34,351 nt of DNA from Thermodesulfobacteriota bacterium (lineage in GTDB: Bacteria; Desulfobacterota; Desulfobacteria; Desulfobacterales; UBA2156): positions 1 through 34,351 of the forward strand of contig JBFMEI010000001.1 in assembly GCA_040753295.1 (NCBI GenBank). The letters run 5' to 3'. Position 1 is the first letter of the stretch, and every line of letters begins with the position of its first letter. This document shows, in pieces, positions 1-9,460 of this stretch. Under the pieces are notes generated by a model. It saw only the letters and a list, made by a program, of their open reading frames with translations, was not told where the DNA came from and did not search any database. A program made the translations under genes and the position numbers.

Positions 1-996
1 TCAAGGGATTCTCTTCGGATCTATATCGCCTACGGCACCCATTTCCGTCAGAGTGAAAAAGAGAGTCTGAGTACCTATGGACCGGTTTATCGCCGGTATC
101 ATTTCGTTCATCACAACTGCGATGATAAGGCCCTTTTTGAAGATCTTGGAACGACGTTCCGGGGTACCCGTATCACCCTTCGCAAAGAGCTGTTGAGATC
201 CACTTTTATCATAACTTTCGGAGCCATATCCCATCATTATTTTGCCGGCTACGGCGGAGGCAGGAAGCTGATTTTTCCGGGGCTCGGGTTTCGGGATTCC
301 ATCTATCAGAATCATTCATTATTCTTGGATAAAAAAATGGAAACGCTTTGTCTCGAATGCGGGCCCGGGATGCTGAAAGGAAATCCGGTTGCCGAAGATC
401 TGGATGAAATCGAGGATCGGTTTTCAGCGCATCTGGGAGTGCATGGAATTCTGGATGAAAACGGACGTGTGTGCGATATTTATCTGGGCCGGGGAAGAAA
501 AGAATTTCTCAAGGCCTGCACTGCACACGCCGGAAACTGTGAAATTCCATGCAAAGAAGCATTCGACCTGGTCGTCGCTTCCGCCGGAGGAAATCCGAAA
601 GATATCAACTTCATCCAGAGTCACAAAGCGGTTGAAAATGCCGCAAAATTCGTCAGGGATAATGGAATCCTGATTCTTTTTGCAAGGTGCCCGGACGGGA
701 TCGGCTCCAGTACATTTTTATCCTGGTTTGAGCGGAATTCTTTTAAAGAATCGTTTCAACGGCTCTCCAAAGCCTATGAAGGAAACGGTGGAACGGCCCT
801 TTCCATGATGATAAAATCCAGACGCATATCCATTTTCATGATTACGGATCTCGAGGATTCGATCTGTCGGAATATGGGGATTCGAAAGATCAGCAGGAAG
901 AAGGCTCAGGAAATGATCGATATTGAAAAAGGGCGGATTGCCGTAATTCCCAACGCCGGTCTGGTCGTGAGGATTCCCATAGGGATTTCGAATTAA
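1..996 (+). CDS. LarA-family (lactate racemase-like / DUF2088) protein, 5'-truncated at window edge
   Basis: Frame 1 is open from nt 1. The ORF track only starts at an internal TTG (193). Translated motifs AYGTHFRQ, HHNCDD and GAISHHYFAGYGGGRKLIFPG resemble the LarA His/His/Lys nickel-pincer core as I recall it. DLVVASAGGNPKDINFIQSHKA resembles the C-domain. Confidence 0.72.
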   Translation, partial: SRDSLRIYIAYGTHFRQSEKESLSTYGPVYRRYHFVHHNCDDKALFEDLGTTFRGTRITLRKELLRSTFIITFGAISHHYFAGYGGGRKLIFPGLGFRDSIYQNHSLFLDKKMETLCLECGPGMLKGNPVAEDLDEIEDRFSAHLGVHGILDENGRVCDIYLGRGRKEFLKACTAHAGNCEIPCKEAFDLVVASAGGNPKDINFIQSHKAVENAAKFVRDNGILILFARCPDGIGSSTFLSWFERNSFKESFQRLSKAYEGNGGTALSMMIKSRRISIFMITDLEDSICRNMGIRKISRKKAQEMIDIEKGRIAVIPNAGLVVRIPIGISN

Positions 997-1047
997 ACAA
1001 AATCGATACATCCGGTCAGGAAAAATATATATATAAAAGGAGTGAAA

Positions 1048-2274
1048 ATGGCTCAATCTGATTCCATAATCACCTATTCGAAAGAAAAGGGATATCTCAT
1101 TCCGGATTACCCTAAGATTCCGTTTATCGAAGGGGATGGGACCGGACCGGATATCTGGAATGCCGCCAGAATGGTTATGGATGCTGCTGTGGCCGCAGCA
1201 TTCGGGATGAGAAAAAAGATTGAATGGCTGGAAGTTCTGGCCGGAGAAAAAGCGTTTAATAAAACGGGAACCTGGCTTCCGGATGATACCCTGGATATGA
1301 TTCGAAGGCATCGGATTGCCATAAAAGGTCCGCTGACCACACCGGTCGGCAAAGGGATCCGGAGCATCAACGTAGCATTGCGTCAGGAACTGGATCTTTA
1401 CGGTTGCGTGAGGCCGGTCCGATATATCCGTGGAATCCCGAGTCCGGTCCGATATCCTCAAAGAGTCGACATGGTGGTCTTCAGAGAAAATACAGAGGAC
1501 GTCTATACCGGGCTCGAATGGGAAGCCGATTCCACGACCGCAAATAAAATCATTGACCTGATCCATCGGGAGACCGGAAAATCGGTTCGCGAGGGCTCCG
1601 GAATTGGAATCAAGCCCATGAGCCGGTTCGGGACCCAGCGTCTGGTTCGTATGGCCCTCTTATTTGCTCTGGAAAAGAAAAAGAAAAGCATCACCCTTGT
1701 CCATAAGGGGAATATCATGAAATATACCGAAGGGGCGTTTCGAAACTGGGGATATGAGGTGTGTCAGAGGGAGTTTTCTGATCAGGTTATCACTGAAGAA
1801 GACTTGAAAACCCGATATGCGGGTCAGGTTCCGGACGGGAAGGTGGTTGTAAAAGATCGGATTGCAGATGCCATGTTCCAGCAGATTCTACTCAGGCCTG
1901 AGGAGTATGACGTTCTGGCCATGCCGAATCTGAACGGGGATTATATGTCGGATGCCCTTGCGGCCATGGTGGGCGGGCTGGGGATGGCTCCGGGCGCAAA
2001 CATCGGAGAAGGGTATGCGGTATTTGAAGCCACCCACGGGACTGCACCGAAATATGCGAACCAGGACAAGGTGAACCCCGGCTCTCTTATCCTCTCCGGA
2101 GCCATGATGCTCGAATTCATGGGATGGAACAAAGCGGCAATGCGGATTCGAAACGGCCTTCAGAAAACCATCCGCCAGAAACGGGTCACATATGACCTGG
2201 CCAGGCAGATGAAAGGTGCTACAGAGATTAAATGTTCAGCCTTTGCGGCTGCCGTTGTCGAAAATTTTTCATAA
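1048..2274 (+). CDS. icd: NADP-dependent isocitrate dehydrogenase (homodimeric prokaryotic type)
   Basis: [14 protein letters not shown] and [27 protein letters not shown] (the E. coli-type regulatory Ser context) are present. Length is about 408 aa. RBS AAGGAG at 1037-1042 sits 5 nt before ATG 1048; the track's GTG 1042 lies inside the RBS. Confidence 0.93.
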   Translation: MAQSDSIITYSKEKGYLIPDYPKIPFIEGDGTGPDIWNAARMVMDAAVAAAFGMRKKIEWLEVLAGEKAFNKTGTWLPDDTLDMIRRHRIAIKGPLTTPVGKGIRSINVALRQELDLYGCVRPVRYIRGIPSPVRYPQRVDMVVFRENTEDVYTGLEWEADSTTANKIIDLIHRETGKSVREGSGIGIKPMSRFGTQRLVRMALLFALEKKKKSITLVHKGNIMKYTEGAFRNWGYEVCQREFSDQVITEEDLKTRYAGQVPDGKVVVKDRIADAMFQQILLRPEEYDVLAMPNLNGDYMSDALAAMVGGLGMAPGANIGEGYAVFEATHGTAPKYANQDKVNPGSLILSGAMMLEFMGWNKAAMRIRNGLQKTIRQKRVTYDLARQMKGATEIKCSAFAAAVVENFS

Positions 2275-2303
2275 TCCGAAAGACTGGTTACAAGGAGCTC
2301 CAA

Positions 2304-4358
2304 TTGAGCGGATCCGAAGAAAGAGCCCTGGAGTTGGAGAAAGCCAATATCCGGCTTGAGGAAGAAATCCGGGAGCGTCGGGAGACCGAAGAACGCTTAA
2401 GACATGAAAAAAAGCATCTGGAGTCGCTGGTCAAAAACAATTTCCTTGCTGTTGTCCATCTGGATGAAGCTCATCGTATCCTTTCGTGCAACAGTATCTT
2501 TGAGGCCCTGTTTCAATATTCTGAGTCGGAACTCAAGGGCCGGTTTCTTGATGATGTGGTAGCGGATCCGGATCACCGGAAAGAAGCTCTGACCTATTCA
2601 GAAAAAACCAGGGAAGGAAAGGCGATTCATGGTTCAGGGCTTAGGCGGAAAAAAGATGCAAGCCTTGCGGATGTGGAATTTTTCGGGATTCCCGTGATTA
2701 TTGATGGAAAGGTCGTAGGGTCTTATGGGCTCTACCGGGATATTTCAGACCTGAGAAAAGCGGAGAGGGCTCTTAAGGAGAGTGAGATCAGGTACCGGGA
2801 TCTTTATGAGGAATCGCGGCGTGCTCAGGATCTTTACCGGTCCTTTCTCCATTCATCTGCCGATGCGGTTATTATCTATGACCTGTATGGATCTGCTCAG
2901 TATGTGAGCCCGTCCTTTACCCGGATTTTCGGATGGACGGATGAAGAGATCAAAGGAAAACGGATTTCTTTTGTACCGGATTCGGAACAGCAGATGACGC
3001 TTCGTATTATCCGGGATCTGATCGAAACCGGGACGCCATGTCATGGCTATGAAACCCGGCGCCTGACCAAGGACGGACGGATCCTGGATGTGAGTATCAG
3101 CGCTTCCAGATATCATGATCATATGGGAAATCCTTCAGGGATGGTGGTGGTCATGAGTGACATTTCCGAGAGAAAAGCCCTGGAAGCTCAGCTTCTTCAC
3201 GCCCATAAAATGGAAGCCATCGGGACATTGGCCGGCGGAGTGGCTCATGATTTCAATAATATTCTTCAGGCCATTTCCGGATTCACTCAGCTCATGATCA
3301 TGACCAGAGATGAAAAGGATCCGGACTATTCGAAACTCCAGGCGATTGAAAAATCCACACATCGGGCACGGGAGTTGACCCAGCGGCTTCTGATTTTCGG
3401 AAGAAAGATCGAATCCAAACTGAGGCCGATCGATTTAAACCGGGAAATTGAAGGTGTGAGCAGGCTTTTGGAAAGAACAATTCCAAGAATGATCCGGATT
3501 GACCAGGATCTTGAGAATCGATTGCCCCTAATCAATGCGGATCCGGTTCAACTTGAGCAAATTATAATGAATCTCGGAGTCAATGCAAGAGATGCCATGC
3601 CGGATGGAGGCAGGCTTGTCTTAAAAACCAGGAGCACCCGGCTGTCCGAAGAGTTTTGCCGGAAAAATTTAGGCGCTGTTCCCGGCCGATATATACTGCT
3701 TTCCGTAGAAGATACCGGATGCGGAATCCGCCAGGAGATTCTCAAGCATATCTTTGAACCGTTTTTCACCACCAAGGAAGCAGGACGGGGGACCGGCCTT
3801 GGATTGGCGATGGTATATGGAATCGTCAAAAGCCATTCGGGATATATTACCTGTGAAACCGAAGTGGGAAAAGGCACCTCTTTTAAAATTTATTTTCCGG
3901 TTCTTCAAATTGAAGGTGAGACCGGAGCTGAGGAATCGATTGAAGATGAAAACATCCGCACCGGAGATGAGACGATCCTCCTTGTAGATGATGAAGAAGA
4001 AATCCGGGAAATCGGAGAATCCCTTCTAACCCGTTACGGGTATAAAATTATTCAGGCGGATTCGGGTGAGCGTGCAGTGGATCTGTACGGAGAAATGAGG
4101 GATTCCATAGGCCTGGTGATTCTTGATCTGAACATGCCGGGAATGGGAGGGTATAAATGCCTCGATGAATTGACTCGCATCAACCCAAAGGTAAAAATCT
4201 TAATTGCCAGCGGTTATCTGGCGGATGAAAAACAGATTCAGGCGGTTAATGCCGGTTCAGCGGCTTTCATCGGCAAGCCTTTTCACATCCGGGAGCTTTT
4301 GAAAAAGATAAATGAGATTTTTGAAAAAGACGACACTGTTCCCGTTGAATCGACTTGA
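2304..4358 (+). CDS. Cytoplasmic hybrid sensor histidine kinase (coiled coil, 2x PAS, HisKA, HATPase_c, C-terminal REC)
   Basis: H-box AGGVAHDFNNIL, N-box NLGVNARDAM, G-boxes EDTGCGI / GTGLGLAMV, and receiver LLVDDEE...ILDLNMPGMGG...KPF. No TM segment is visible. Proposed start is TTG 2304, 6 nt after AAGGAG (2292-2297). The track start at 2232 would overlap the icd end. Confidence 0.85.
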   Translation: MSGSEERALELEKANIRLEEEIRERRETEERLRHEKKHLESLVKNNFLAVVHLDEAHRILSCNSIFEALFQYSESELKGRFLDDVVADPDHRKEALTYSEKTREGKAIHGSGLRRKKDASLADVEFFGIPVIIDGKVVGSYGLYRDISDLRKAERALKESEIRYRDLYEESRRAQDLYRSFLHSSADAVIIYDLYGSAQYVSPSFTRIFGWTDEEIKGKRISFVPDSEQQMTLRIIRDLIETGTPCHGYETRRLTKDGRILDVSISASRYHDHMGNPSGMVVVMSDISERKALEAQLLHAHKMEAIGTLAGGVAHDFNNILQAISGFTQLMIMTRDEKDPDYSKLQAIEKSTHRARELTQRLLIFGRKIESKLRPIDLNREIEGVSRLLERTIPRMIRIDQDLENRLPLINADPVQLEQIIMNLGVNARDAMPDGGRLVLKTRSTRLSEEFCRKNLGAVPGRYILLSVEDTGCGIRQEILKHIFEPFFTTKEAGRGTGLGLAMVYGIVKSHSGYITCETEVGKGTSFKIYFPVLQIEGETGAEESIEDENIRTGDETILLVDDEEEIREIGESLLTRYGYKIIQADSGERAVDLYGEMRDSIGLVILDLNMPGMGGYKCLDELTRINPKVKILIASGYLADEKQIQAVNAGSAAFIGKPFHIRELLKKINEIFEKDDTVPVEST

Positions 4359-4386
4359 TAATTTTTTTTATCGTTATTTAAAATGC

Positions 4387-4413
4387 TCAACGCAGGTTCT
4401 TGTTTTGCGTTGA
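4387..4413 (+). terminator. Candidate weak stem-loop after the kinase gene
   Basis: TCAACGCA (4387-4394) pairs with TGCGTTGA (4406-4413) around an 11-nt loop. The tail ATATTCTGTCTTT is only moderately T-rich. Confidence 0.3.
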
Positions 4414-4458
4414 ATATTCTGTCTTTATGCACCCTCTTGTGTTAAGAATAGCCTAACT

Positions 4459-4472
4459 TGAAGTTAACTTCA
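4459..4472. promoter_or_regulatory. Perfect 14-bp palindrome TGAAGTTAACTTCA abutting the acnA start
   Basis: The sequence is self-complementary and ends 1 nt before ATG 4474. Its function is unknown. Confidence 0.35.
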
Positions 4473-4473
4473 G

Positions 4474-7266
4474 ATGGGGGAGAAAATGAAAAAAGAGGAT
4501 TTCATCAGGGAAATCCTTGTGAATCATAGAAAAATAAGGGTTTTTGATATTACATTGCTGGAAGAAAAAGGGATTGCCGGGATTAAAAGAATCCCATTTT
4601 CAATCCGGATTCTCATTGAGAACCTTCTGAGAAGACTCGATGGAACAGTCGTGACCGAGGAGGATCTTCTAAATATCGCCGGCTGGAAGGAACGATATGA
4701 CACACCGGTGGAAATCCCTTTTTATCCGTCACGGGTACTCATGCAGGATTTCACGGGTGTTCCGGCCATTGTCGACCTTGCCGCCATGAGGGATGCCATA
4801 AAAAAGAGGGGGGGAGATCCGGATCGGGTCAACCCGCTGGTCCCTACCGAGCTTGTGGTGGATCATTCGGTTCAAGTCGATTATTTTGGAACCGCAGATG
4901 CCGCAACAAAAAATGTCGCCAAAGAATATGAAAGAAACTCAGAACGGTATGCCCTTCTCAAGTGGGCCCAGAAAAGTTTTAAAAACCTGCGCATTGTTCC
5001 CCCGAATTCCGGTATCTGTCACCAGGTCAACCTGGAGTATCTGGCAAGAGTCGTCATGTTGGAGAAAACAGGCGGACGCCTGATCGGGTATCCGGATACG
5101 GTGGTGGGGACCGACTCGCATACCACAATGATCAATGGGATCGGGGTGCTGGGATGGGGGGTCGGTGGGATTGAAGCCGAAGGCGTGATGCTGGGGCAGC
5201 CGTATTCCATGACCATTCCGGAGGTCATCGGTGTTAAGCTCACTCAGAGGCTCAATCCCGGAGTCACCGCAACAGATCTGGTCCTGGCCATTACTGAGAA
5301 ATTGAGAAAAAAAGGAGTTGTCGAGAAGTTTGTGGAATATTTCGGCCCTGGAGTTCAATCCCTCTCTATTCCTGAGCGGGCCACGATCGCCAATATGACG
5401 CCGGAATGCGGTGCAACCGTGGGGTACTTCCCCATCGACGATCAGACCATTCAATACCTTCAAATGACCAACCGTGCGAACCAGGCAAAAATGGTCAAAA
5501 CCTATACCCAGGCAGTGGGGCTTTTCAGCGCGACATTTGAAGATACCCGGTATACGGAGATTCTGGAATTGGATCTTTCGTCGGTTCAGCCGTCGGTTGC
5601 CGGACCCTCGAGACCCCAGGACCGGATTGAGCTTAAAGATTTAAAAGAGAAGTTCGCACAGGTTCTGGGATGCGAGTATCAGCGGAATGCGGAACTCGGT
5701 CAGCTGTCTCAGTTCCATCACGAGTCCGGGAGCAAAACCGTCCGGACAACCGAATGCAGGCCCATCCGGCCGGCAACACACGGAATCGACCTGTTCGGTA
5801 GAAGGGAGCGGATCGGGGACGGAAGCCTTGTGATCGCTGCAATTACCTCATGCACCAATACATCAAATCCCAGCCTCCTTCTAGGCGCCGGCCTTGTGGC
5901 GAAAAAAGCGGTTGAACGGGGGCTTCATCTCTCTTCTTTGGTAAAAACCTCTCTGGTTCCGGGTTCAAAAGTCGTGAAGCGATATCTGGAAGCATCGGGT
6001 CTCATGCCCTATTTTGAAGCCCTGGGATTTCATGTGGCGGGATTTGGATGCACGACCTGCATCGGAAACAGCGGTCCGCTTCATCCGGAGATCGAAAAAG
6101 CGATTTCCGACCATTCCCTGACCGTGGCGGCGATCCTTTCCGGGAACCGGAATTTTGAAGCCCGGATTCATCAGAGCGTTAAAGCCAATTTTCTGGCATC
6201 CCCCATGCTGGTGATCTGTTTTGCCATTGCCGGAAGGATGGATATCGATCTGACCAGAGAGCCTGTGGGGATTGATCCCCAGGGAGATCCCGTATATCTG
6301 GACGAGATCTGGCCTCAAGATGAAGAAGTCCGGAACTTTGTAAAGAAACACGTTAAAGGCACGTTTTTCAGGGAAGAATATGGCCGCATCTTTGAGGGAG
6401 ACGATTTTTGGAAACATCTCAAAGTGACAAAAAGCAAAACCTTCAACTGGGAAGAGAATTCGACTTATATCAAAAATCCCCCTTATTTTGATTTGGCTTT
6501 TCAGCAGAAAGGAATCCCTTCGGATCTGGCAGGAGGAAAGATATTGGTATGGCTGGGCGATTCGGTGACAACCGATCATATTTCCCCGGCCGGAGCCATT
6601 CCTGAAGAGTATCCGGCCGGAGCGTATCTCAGGGAACGGAATATCATTCCTGAAGATTTCAACTCATACGGATCAAGGAGGGGGAATCATGAGGTGATGG
6701 TTCGAGGAACTTTTGGAAATATTCGACTGAAAAACCGCCTGCTCGGTTCAAAAGAAGGGGCATACACCCAGAAGTTTCCGGAAAAGAAGGAGATGTTTAT
6801 TTTTGAAGCGGCTAGGGAATATCAGGAAAATGAAATCCCCCTGCTGATCATTGCCGGGAAAGAGTATGGGGCCGGGTCTTCCAGGGATTGGGCGGCCAAG
6901 GGAACCGCTTTGCTCGGAGTCAGGGCGGTAATCGCCGAATCGTATGAGCGGATTCATCGAAGCAATCTGGTCGGAATGGGGGTACTTCCTCTGGTGTTTT
7001 TAGAAGATCAGAATCCCCGGGTTCTTGGTCTGGACGGGACTGAAACCTATCGAGTCTCTGGAATAACGGATATGAAGCCGAGGAAACGGCTTGCCGTTTC
7101 TGCGATCCGGGAGGACGGAAAGGAGATCCGGTTTGAAACTGTGGCCAGACTCGACACTCCCATGGAAGTGGAGTATTATTTAAACGGCGGAATCCTTCCA
7201 TTTGTGTTGAAAAAGATCATGGATCCGGCGAAAAGAGAAAAGATCCCAGGAGCGGGGATGGAGTGA
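4474..7266 (+). CDS. acnA: Aconitate hydratase A (monomeric aconitase/IRP type)
   Basis: IPFSIRILIENLLR, VLMQDFTGVPAIVDLAAMR, DSHTTMINGIGVLGWGVGGIEAE, cluster ligand context TSCTNTSNP and CTTCIGNSGP, and C-terminal swivel GKEYGAGSSRDWAAKG. The start is ambiguous: ATG 4474, or ATG 4486 preceded by GGGGGAG. Confidence 0.93.
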   Translation: MGEKMKKEDFIREILVNHRKIRVFDITLLEEKGIAGIKRIPFSIRILIENLLRRLDGTVVTEEDLLNIAGWKERYDTPVEIPFYPSRVLMQDFTGVPAIVDLAAMRDAIKKRGGDPDRVNPLVPTELVVDHSVQVDYFGTADAATKNVAKEYERNSERYALLKWAQKSFKNLRIVPPNSGICHQVNLEYLARVVMLEKTGGRLIGYPDTVVGTDSHTTMINGIGVLGWGVGGIEAEGVMLGQPYSMTIPEVIGVKLTQRLNPGVTATDLVLAITEKLRKKGVVEKFVEYFGPGVQSLSIPERATIANMTPECGATVGYFPIDDQTIQYLQMTNRANQAKMVKTYTQAVGLFSATFEDTRYTEILELDLSSVQPSVAGPSRPQDRIELKDLKEKFAQVLGCEYQRNAELGQLSQFHHESGSKTVRTTECRPIRPATHGIDLFGRRERIGDGSLVIAAITSCTNTSNPSLLLGAGLVAKKAVERGLHLSSLVKTSLVPGSKVVKRYLEASGLMPYFEALGFHVAGFGCTTCIGNSGPLHPEIEKAISDHSLTVAAILSGNRNFEARIHQSVKANFLASPMLVICFAIAGRMDIDLTREPVGIDPQGDPVYLDEIWPQDEEVRNFVKKHVKGTFFREEYGRIFEGDDFWKHLKVTKSKTFNWEENSTYIKNPPYFDLAFQQKGIPSDLAGGKILVWLGDSVTTDHISPAGAIPEEYPAGAYLRERNIIPEDFNSYGSRRGNHEVMVRGTFGNIRLKNRLLGSKEGAYTQKFPEKKEMFIFEAAREYQENEIPLLIIAGKEYGAGSSRDWAAKGTALLGVRAVIAESYERIHRSNLVGMGVLPLVFLEDQNPRVLGLDGTETYRVSGITDMKPRKRLAVSAIREDGKEIRFETVARLDTPMEVEYYLNGGILPFVLKKIMDPAKREKIPGAGME

Positions 7267-7276
7267 AAGAATATTT

Positions 7277-7480
7277 ATGGCCAAACCGAAACTGAAACAG
7301 CATCTGATCAATTTGGAATGGTGCAAAGGGTGCGGGATATGTATCGCCTTTTGCCCGAAAAGCGTTCTGGAGCTCAGCGAACAGGATAAAGTGGTCGTGG
7401 CAAGGCCGAAAGACTGCATCTGCTGCCGGTTGTGCGAATTAAGATGTCCGGATCTCGCCATCGAAGTTGAGACGGAATAG
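7277..7480 (+). CDS. korD: 2-oxoglutarate:ferredoxin oxidoreductase delta subunit (2x[4Fe-4S] ferredoxin-like)
   Basis: Two CxxCxxCxxxCP motifs (CKGCGICIAFCP, CICCRLCELRCP). Length is 67 aa. It is the first gene of a D-A-B-C arrangement like Helicobacter oorDABC. Confidence 0.85.
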   Translation: MAKPKLKQHLINLEWCKGCGICIAFCPKSVLELSEQDKVVVARPKDCICCRLCELRCPDLAIEVETE

Positions 7481-7489
7481 AGGGCTCAT

Positions 7490-8638
7490 ATGGGGAAGAA
7501 GATTTTATTTTTACAGGGAAATGAGGCGTGTGTTGAAGGGGCGTTATATGCCGGTCTGGACTTTTTTGCCGGGTATCCCATTACTCCCTCCACAGAGATC
7601 GCGGAACATCTCTCCTTCCGGCTTCCGAAAATCGGGGGGAAATTCATTCAGATGGAAGATGAGATTGCGTCCATGTGCGCCATCATCGGCGCATCTCTTT
7701 CAGGGCATAAGGTGATGACCGCCACCAGCGGACCGGGATTTTCCCTCATGCAGGAAGCTTTAGGATATGCGATCATGGCGGAAATTCCATGCGTCATCGT
7801 CAATGTTCAGAGGGGAGGCCCTTCAACAGGTCTTCCCACCAGCGGATCCCAGGGGGATGTGAATCAGGCCCGATGGGGGACCCATGGGGATCACGCCATC
7901 ATCGCCCTGACCGCTTCGAATCATCAGGATGTTTTCAAAATGACCGTGGAGGCTTTCAACCTTTCTGAAACCTATCGTACCCCTGTCGTCCTGCTGTTTG
8001 ATGAGGTGGTGGGGCACATGCGGGAGCGTCTGATCATGCCGGAAAAAGATGAAGTTCCTCTGGTCCATCGACTTCGCACTTCCGTAAAGGAAGGTGTGGA
8101 TTATCATCCATACCTCCCCCGGGAAGACGGAAGGCTTCCCATGTCGGATTTCGGAGGCGTTCATCGGTATAATGTGACCGGGTTATTTCACGACATGTGG
8201 GGATTCCCCTCAAGCAATCCCGGAGTGGTTCAGGGGCTCCTTCGTCATCTCATCGACAAGATCAACAACAATGCCAATCGAATCACCCGGTTCAAGGAGT
8301 ATCATCTGGATGATGCGGAAGTGGTTCTGGTTTCATACGGATCGAGCGCCCGGAGCGCCCTCCATGTGGTTCAAAACCGGAGGCCCCGGGGAGAGAAACT
8401 GGGACTGCTCGAACTCCAGACGCTTTGGCCGTTTCCTTATGATGTGATCCGGAATGCATGTCGAAACGCCGAATTTGTCCTCGTGGTGGAGATGAATATG
8501 GGGCAGGTCCTTCAGAGCGTGAAACTGGCGGTAGACGAACCCGGAAAAGTCTTTCTCGCAAACCGGATCGACGGTTCCTATATCACGCCCACGGATATTC
8601 GAAATGTTCTGCGGGTTATCCAGGCAAAGGGGGTATGA
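7490..8638 (+). CDS. korA: 2-oxoglutarate:ferredoxin oxidoreductase alpha subunit
   Basis: GNEACVEGALYAGLDFFAGYPITPSTEI and MEDEIASM are typical of 2-oxoacid:Fd oxidoreductase alpha subunits. Length is about 380 aa. Confidence 0.9.
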   Translation: MGKKILFLQGNEACVEGALYAGLDFFAGYPITPSTEIAEHLSFRLPKIGGKFIQMEDEIASMCAIIGASLSGHKVMTATSGPGFSLMQEALGYAIMAEIPCVIVNVQRGGPSTGLPTSGSQGDVNQARWGTHGDHAIIALTASNHQDVFKMTVEAFNLSETYRTPVVLLFDEVVGHMRERLIMPEKDEVPLVHRLRTSVKEGVDYHPYLPREDGRLPMSDFGGVHRYNVTGLFHDMWGFPSSNPGVVQGLLRHLIDKINNNANRITRFKEYHLDDAEVVLVSYGSSARSALHVVQNRRPRGEKLGLLELQTLWPFPYDVIRNACRNAEFVLVVEMNMGQVLQSVKLAVDEPGKVFLANRIDGSYITPTDIRNVLRVIQAKGV

Positions 8639-8642
8639 ATTC

Positions 8643-9449
8643 ATGCCGATTAAAGACTATATCCGGGAACGCTTTTTCCCTCATCTCTGGTGCCCGGGCT
8701 GCGGACACGGGATTGTGCTGAATTCCCTGATCCGGGCCATCGAAAAGCTGGGGCTGAGTAAAAATGAAATCGCCATGGTATCCGGGATCGGATGTTCATC
8801 CAGGATTTCCGGATACGTGGATTTTCACACCCTGCATACCATCCACGGACGGGCCCTGGCGTTTGCAACCGGCCTGAAGCTGGGGCTGCCTTCATTAAAT
8901 GTCATCGTCCCCATGGGAGACGGAGACGCTCTGGCCATCGGCGGGAATCATTTCATCCATGCGGCCCGGAGAAATATCGAAATGACGGCCATTATCATGA
9001 ACAACCGGATCTATGGAATGACCGGAGGTCAGTATTCTCCTTTGTCCGGATACGGAACCATGGCCACCACAGCACCTTATAGCAATATCGATCATGACTT
9101 CGACGTGGTTCAGCTTTCCATCGCCGCAGGAGCAACCTTTGTCGCCAGATCGACGACGTATCACGTCCATCAACTCACGGAAATTCTGGAGCAGGCGATT
9201 CTTCATGAAGGATTTTCAGTGGTCGAGGTTCTATCCCAGTGCCCCACCTATTTTGGGAGAAAAAACAGACTGGGAGGTGCGGCGGACATGATGAATTATT
9301 ATAAAACTCAAACGACACCCATCGGATCAAAGGCCAAAGAGGAGAATCCGAATCTGATCGAACGGGGGGTTTTCGTTCAGAAAGAGCTGCCTGAATACTG
9401 CAGGGAGTATGATAAGGTCATCGAACGGGCGATGGGTCGATCGGAATAG
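8643..9449 (+). CDS. korB: 2-oxoglutarate:ferredoxin oxidoreductase beta subunit (TPP-binding)
   Basis: WCPGCGHG and GDGDALAIGGNHFIHAARRN (TPP/Mg motif). ATG 8643 lies 4 nt after the korA stop. The track's upstream extension (8604) overlaps korA. Confidence 0.9.
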   Translation: MPIKDYIRERFFPHLWCPGCGHGIVLNSLIRAIEKLGLSKNEIAMVSGIGCSSRISGYVDFHTLHTIHGRALAFATGLKLGLPSLNVIVPMGDGDALAIGGNHFIHAARRNIEMTAIIMNNRIYGMTGGQYSPLSGYGTMATTAPYSNIDHDFDVVQLSIAAGATFVARSTTYHVHQLTEILEQAILHEGFSVVEVLSQCPTYFGRKNRLGGAADMMNYYKTQTTPIGSKAKEENPNLIERGVFVQKELPEYCREYDKVIERAMGRSE

Positions 9450-9460
9450 AGGAAATCGAC

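Noticed and set aside
1025-1035. (AT)5 run just upstream of the icd RBS, considered as a microsatellite or phase-variation tract.
   Set aside because: It is too short to call. It is more simply an AT-rich promoter or leader element, and I have no evidence of variability.
718-1566. 282-aa minus-strand ORF spanning the LarA-like 3' end, the intergenic region and the icd 5' end.
   Set aside because: It is antisense to two genes with unambiguous family signatures and crosses their intergenic region. Its sequence is low-complexity, with no RBS or motif. This is a typical shadow ORF.
5965-6579. 204-aa minus-strand ORF inside acnA. The same applies to 4939-5463 (-), 11431-11907 (+) and 32451-32993 (-).
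   Set aside because: All are antisense shadows of long ORFs whose translations carry clear aconitase, DUF2333-like or FadF motifs. None has recognisable domains.
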